31,050 nucleotides of DNA, taken from a virus (taxonomy: Duplodnaviria > Caudoviricetes). Numbering within the stretch: the first letter of the stretch is position 1; every line of letters starts with the position of its first letter. The stretch covers positions 1 through 31,050 of IMG/VR virus record IMGVR_UViG_3300008113_000759, one strand, 5' to 3'. Positions 27,635 to 31,050 of this stretch are shown one piece after another. The notes under the pieces are model-generated. The model searched no databases. It saw only the letters and a program-made list of their open reading frames with translations, and was not told the origin of the DNA. Both the position numbers and the translations under genes were made by a program.

Positions 27635-27780
27635 TGGCATACACACCTAAAGCCCAACGTGGCTTGTACTTCAACATCAATCAGCGCAGAGCAGCAGGAT
27701 TGCCGCCCAAGCGCAAGGGTCAAGCGGGTTACCCTACCAAAGAAGCATTTGTCAGAAGCGCACGTACCGCTAAACGCTGA
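27634..27780 (+). CDS. 48-aa basic peptide MAYTPKAQRGLYFNINQRRAAGLPPKRKGQAGYPTKEAFVRSARTAKR
   Basis: TAATG coupling; GLYxNI...PT..AF..SA.TAK pattern of common phage basic peptides; missing from the ORF track. Confidence 0.75.
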   Translation: MAYTPKAQRGLYFNINQRRAAGLPPKRKGQAGYPTKEAFVRSARTAKR

Positions 27781-28234
27781 CCTTCTCTAGCTCTGCTATC
27801 AGGTGAGCGCCGTGGTAGCGCATGTTGTTGATGTGAAACTTTCCTTTAAAGCCGTACATCTTTGCCCAAGTCTTCTCGTCATCAAAATATTCGCAGAACG
27901 TATCTGGAGTGATGATGTTGACATGAGTCGGGTCTTGGAACGCTGGCGCATGTGGAAACGCTGGTGTCGAGGATAAGAACTTGCCCCCTACCTTCATCAC
28001 CCGCCAAACCTCTGACATTAGTTCCACAAACGGGTATCTGCGTTGTGGGACATACAACAGTCTGGGAATGTGTTCCAGAAAGTCATAGGCAGTTACAAAG
28101 TCAAAGTGGTCATCAGGATGGGGGATAGGCTCAATAGCCAGGTCAGCGTCCTGAATATCAAGTCCTATCACCTTCAAAGCTTGGTAGGGGTTGCGGATTG
28201 TTTCACCGCACCCAAGGTCAAGCGAAACGGTCAT
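27770..28234 (-). CDS. Class I SAM-dependent methyltransferase (type 11-like)
   Basis: LDLGCG, GLDI, FDFV..YDFLEHI, EVWRVMKVGG, DPTH. Confidence 0.88.
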   Translation of the reverse strand: MTVSLDLGCGETIRNPYQALKVIGLDIQDADLAIEPIPHPDDHFDFVTAYDFLEHIPRLLYVPQRRYPFVELMSEVWRVMKVGGKFLSSTPAFPHAPAFQDPTHVNIITPDTFCEYFDDEKTWAKMYGFKGKFHINNMRYHGAHLIAELEKVSV

Positions 28235-28500
28235 TCTTTAATTTCAGGAATCGGCTTTATTCGACCCTGTTTAGCAGCCCAGTCTTGCAAATCACCATAC
28301 ACCCAATCATTTACTTTCTCCTCAGACAAGCCAAGAGAAATATAATTTATGGTGTCTTGCGCTCCTGATTGATATGCTCTGCGAAACACACTTTGCTCAA
28401 GAGCAATAACTTGGTCAGTTACCCATTCCAAGTCTTCTTTCTTTACAATAGCTTTACCCAACAACTCATCTAACAATCTCGGTTCTTTCGTTTCTGACAT
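28231..28500 (-). CDS. Hypothetical protein
   Basis: AAGGAG SD; coupled to the methyltransferase. Confidence 0.7.
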   Translation of the reverse strand: MSETKEPRLLDELLGKAIVKKEDLEWVTDQVIALEQSVFRRAYQSGAQDTINYISLGLSEEKVNDWVYGDLQDWAAKQGRIKPIPEIKE

Positions 28501-28511
28501 TTCATTTCTCC

Positions 28512-29258
28512 TTATGGTGCGGGTATTAAACCGCCTTCAAACAAATAACTCCCAAAGTGGCCTAGAACCACCCACGGAGCAGCGTAAATCTTGTACCCGT
28601 GCCTACGGGCTTCCTGACAGAAATAATAGTCTTCTGACAACAGTCTGCCTACACCCTCTTCAATAGCACAGGCAAAGAACTCCACAATCTTGTCCTGTTT
28701 GATTTCGCCTGACAGAAAGGTAACGTCATTGATGTAGCTTGCCATCTTGGTTGACAAGTCTTCTAAGCACTCACGCTTGATAAGCATAAAGCCTGTCCCG
28801 CCATTAAAAATTTCTACAGGTTCGTGTGCTGGTACTGTAACTGTGCCTTGATAGTCTTTGAGGTTAACCACCAGGCTCCCTGTGCGGGTCTTCAACTTGT
28901 CAACTTCTACACCCTCTTTGACAGCCTTTTCTACCTCATGCCAGTTGATTTCTTTCTTAGGGTAGATACCGCAGATGATGTCTTTGTCAGCCTCAATCAT
29001 AGGCACGATGTCAGCAGGATTCCATTTAATATCTGCGTCAATAAACATCAGGTGGGTAGCTTCCTTCTTGTTGAGAAAGCCATGTGCAAGAGCGTTTCTG
29101 CCCCGCTGAATGAGAGACTCGTTAAACATGCAGCTAAAGCTCATGTCTATGTCGTTTCCTCTCATAACTGTGGTCATGTTGACCAGAGACTGACAGTAGT
29201 AGCCAGTGGTCATACCGCCGTACATGGGGGTTGCTACAAAGATGTGTGCCTTGCTCAT
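28512..29258 (-). CDS. GT-A fold glycosyltransferase-like protein
   Basis: IFVATPMYGG, HLMFIDAD (DxD), GTGFMLIKR, SEDYYFC, LGH. Confidence 0.85.
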   Translation of the reverse strand: MSKAHIFVATPMYGGMTTGYYCQSLVNMTTVMRGNDIDMSFSCMFNESLIQRGRNALAHGFLNKKEATHLMFIDADIKWNPADIVPMIEADKDIICGIYPKKEINWHEVEKAVKEGVEVDKLKTRTGSLVVNLKDYQGTVTVPAHEPVEIFNGGTGFMLIKRECLEDLSTKMASYINDVTFLSGEIKQDKIVEFFACAIEEGVGRLLSEDYYFCQEARRHGYKIYAAPWVVLGHFGSYLFEGGLIPAP

Positions 29259-29443
29259 TGTTGTTGACCCCTGTCTGTCTTCATAATTGCTTGTGCGTCT
29301 TCAAATCCAGCTTGGTAAGCAATGTTCCACAGTTGTTGCAGAGACATGTTGACCAAGTTGACTGCGTAGTTGATGGAGTTGCCAGCCTTTGTCATGCTGT
29401 CTTGACTCATTTGTAGTTGTTGGGCTTGTTGAACTTCACTCAC
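29255..29443 (-). CDS. Hypothetical protein
   Basis: Coupled at both ends (GTGA/ATGA overlaps). Confidence 0.7.
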   Translation of the reverse strand: MSEVQQAQQLQMSQDSMTKAGNSINYAVNLVNMSLQQLWNIAYQAGFEDAQAIMKTDRGQQQ

Positions 29444-29763
29444 GATATATCCTCAATTCTTAAAACATATTTGTTGGTCTTTGCTGACTTGCGCCAGCCA
29501 TGAACTTCAATCCTGATTCCAGCATCCCTGACAAGAGCAAGCGTGTCAGAGGCCATAATCTTTTTTATGCGGTCACTGACAGCAGAGGCGGTCACCTGCA
29601 CTGCCAGAACCTCACCCTTGCGGATAGCAAGAAGGTCAGCCCATCCCCACAGGTCTTTTCGTTGTTTGGTGAAGCTGTTCCACTTCTCAACTATTTCAAC
29701 GTGGTATCCCAACTCACGAAGGTGAGCCAAGCTACGCTGTGTGGGAGAGACTTTCGTTGCCAT
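29440..29763 (-). CDS. PD-(D/E)XK-type nuclease/Holliday-junction resolvase-like protein
   Basis: LRELGYHV, DLWGWADLLAI, VLAVQVT. Confidence 0.7.
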   Translation of the reverse strand: MATKVSPTQRSLAHLRELGYHVEIVEKWNSFTKQRKDLWGWADLLAIRKGEVLAVQVTASAVSDRIKKIMASDTLALVRDAGIRIEVHGWRKSAKTNKYVLRIEDIS

Positions 29764-29912
29764 CAATAGCAGTTTGTTGTGCAGTTATTGCCGTAACAGC
29801 AAGTGGTGCAAGTGACATACCGACCATTTTGTGAGTAGGTATGTGTTGAACATGCCGCCCAAACCATAGAACTAGAAACAGAAAGCCAAGCCGCAATTAA
29901 AAAAATTTTCAT
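29763..29912 (-). CDS. 49-aa secreted Cys-rich peptide MKIFLIAAWLSVSSSMVWA-ACSTHTYSQNGRYVTCTTCCYGNNCTTNCY
   Basis: AGGAG SD, Sec-type signal peptide, 6 Cys, TGATG coupling to the next gene; missing from the ORF track. Confidence 0.8.
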   Translation of the reverse strand: MKIFLIAAWLSVSSSMVWAACSTHTYSQNGRYVTCTTCCYGNNCTTNCY

Positions 29913-29927
29913 TTTTCTCTCCTGTGA

Positions 29928-30239
29928 TTAAAAAGGTACATCTTCATCATCATTACGCGCGGGTCTGCGGTTGTACGATGGCACAACCTCTTTATCACCT
30001 CGCTCTTCCTCACGCTTTTTCTTGCTCCAATTGTCTTCTTTCAAAGCAAGCAAGCTGTGTCCTCGGCTGGTTGGCTTTTGCCATGCTGCAATCTTGAGCT
30101 TCTCGCCAGCTTTGTAGTCCATATCCAGAACTAGAAAACCTTTGAAGTCTGGCCCTTTAGGAGACTTACGCATCTCTTCTTCTTCCCAGTACATGACACC
30201 TGAACCTGGCATCTCTTTGTGTGCATTTCCTGTTGACAT
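29928..30239 (-). CDS. Putative single-stranded DNA-binding protein
   Basis: PDFKG...IAAW core and acidic C-terminal DDEDVPF; AAAGGA SD before the ATG at 30239; lies in the recombination module. Confidence 0.7.
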   Translation of the reverse strand: MSTGNAHKEMPGSGVMYWEEEEMRKSPKGPDFKGFLVLDMDYKAGEKLKIAAWQKPTSRGHSLLALKEDNWSKKKREEERGDKEVVPSYNRRPARNDDEDVPF

Positions 30240-30249
30240 GTATATCCTT

Positions 30250-30420
30250 TCAGTTGAGTGTGTATCTGGCGTACTTCTTGCCGTTTTCATTAACCATGTG
30301 CGTAAAGATTCTGTGTCCGTCTTTACGAAGACTTTCGATATGTGCTGCAAGCCTGAAACAGTTGAAGTCATTTAATGCCTCCAGTGGTGTCAGGCTTTTC
30401 CCTTCTTGAAGGCGGGTCAA
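30250..30420 (-). CDS. Winged helix-turn-helix domain (LTPLEALNDFNCFRLAAHIESLRKDGHRI); TTG start at 30420 or reached by -1 frameshift
   Basis: My translation of a frame absent from the track; matches the phage HTH pattern TPLEAL..FxCxRLAAxIxxLR..G..I. Confidence 0.8.
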   Translation of the reverse strand: MTRLQEGKSLTPLEALNDFNCFRLAAHIESLRKDGHRIFTHMVNENGKKYARYTLN

Positions 30421-31050
30421 AATATTGGCTCGCTGAGTCCCGAATCGGGAAGTGGTTGGGACTTGTCGAGCTTTGGGTAGACTGTTCCTCCTGCTTCAAC
30501 GATTGCTCCTTTGAGCTTGACCTTATCCATTGTCGAGAAGTGTTCTGTAACAACCTTGTTGCACTCGGCAAGAGATGTGAGCTTTTCTGCCTTTTCCTCC
30601 ACAGAGAATTTTTTACTTGCTGTAATGCGTCCGACCATTTCTGCATATCCATCTATCCAATCCTCTACGCTTGCGTAGCGTTTGTAGGGTTGGTCAGAGT
30701 TCGGGACATATAGCGCAAACGCTCCGTCCTCAACCAGTTCGACAATCTCAACTTCTGGTATGTCTGCAACCCGTTCAACATTACCCATGAACTTTTCTTT
30801 GGGAGGTTCAAAATCTTGGACTTCCTCAGGTGTATAGACCCCGACAACACAGCCTGGAAAGACGGAACGAATTCCCTCGCTAATGACTCTCGCCCTGAGC
30901 ATTGCTCTTGGATAGTTCTTCCAGTTATCCTTCGTAGCAATCCCAATTTTTTGGGCTTGAGCCAGTGTCCACGTAAGCTCAAGAGTTCCCCCCGAAGGAT
31001 GCGAGAACACGCCTGTGACTTGCTCATTTGTATATTCCTTCCAGTTAACT
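30417..31050 (-). CDS. RecT/Redbeta-like single-strand annealing protein (5' part lies outside the window)
   Basis: WKNYPRAMLRARVISEGIRSVFPG...GVYTPEE motif; frame open to the window edge. Confidence 0.8.
   Translation of the reverse strand, partial: VNWKEYTNEQVTGVFSHPSGGTLELTWTLAQAQKIGIATKDNWKNYPRAMLRARVISEGIRSVFPGCVVGVYTPEEVQDFEPPKEKFMGNVERVADIPEVEIVELVEDGAFALYVPNSDQPYKRYASVEDWIDGYAEMVGRITASKKFSVEEKAEKLTSLAECNKVVTEHFSTMDKVKLKGAIVEAGGTVYPKLDKSQPLPDSGLSEPIF
30436..30492 (-). other. Candidate -1 programmed ribosomal frameshift signal
   Basis: AGGAGG (30492-30487), 9 nt, C-CCA-AAG in frame (30477-30471), 7 nt, stem AGTCCC/GGGACT (30463-30436). Confidence 0.65.

Noticed and set aside
30240-30371. 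N-terminal extension of the 147-aa ORF 29928..30371
   Set aside because: It overlaps the HTH coding frame; a strong SD supports the start at 30239
30368-30652. 94-aa minus-strand ORF nested in the RecT-like gene
   Set aside because: Third frame with no recognisable motif; the HTH lies in the other alternative frame
1-31050. CRISPR array, tRNA/rRNA genes, integrase, intron/intein, stop-codon recoding
   Set aside because: No regularly spaced repeats, cloverleafs or split genes seen; genes are intact and tightly packed under the standard code, with all three stop codons in use

Overview
This window is a segment of a dsDNA tailed phage genome with podovirus-type architecture: no tape measure gene, but P22/T7-like adaptor, nozzle and DNA-ejection genes. 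One long + strand late region (about 1085-27780) encodes terminase, portal, scaffold, major capsid, tail/receptor-binding, ejection and lysis proteins. Minus-strand early/middle genes flank it on both sides (left: small hypotheticals; right: RecT-like recombinase, HTH, SSB-like protein, nuclease, glycosyltransferase, methyltransferase). An AT- and CTAG-rich divergent control region lies at about 504-1084. The strongest unexpected signal is a complete candidate -1 programmed ribosomal frameshift cassette (internal SD, C-CCA-AAG, downstream stem) that would fuse the RecT-like protein to a winged-HTH domain. Also notable: a secreted 6-Cys micro-peptide, several very basic micro-ORFs with a structured RNA between two of them, a sigma54/IHF-like early promoter, and an apparent total absence of GATC. 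All calls come from reading motifs and gene order by eye; no database searches were run.
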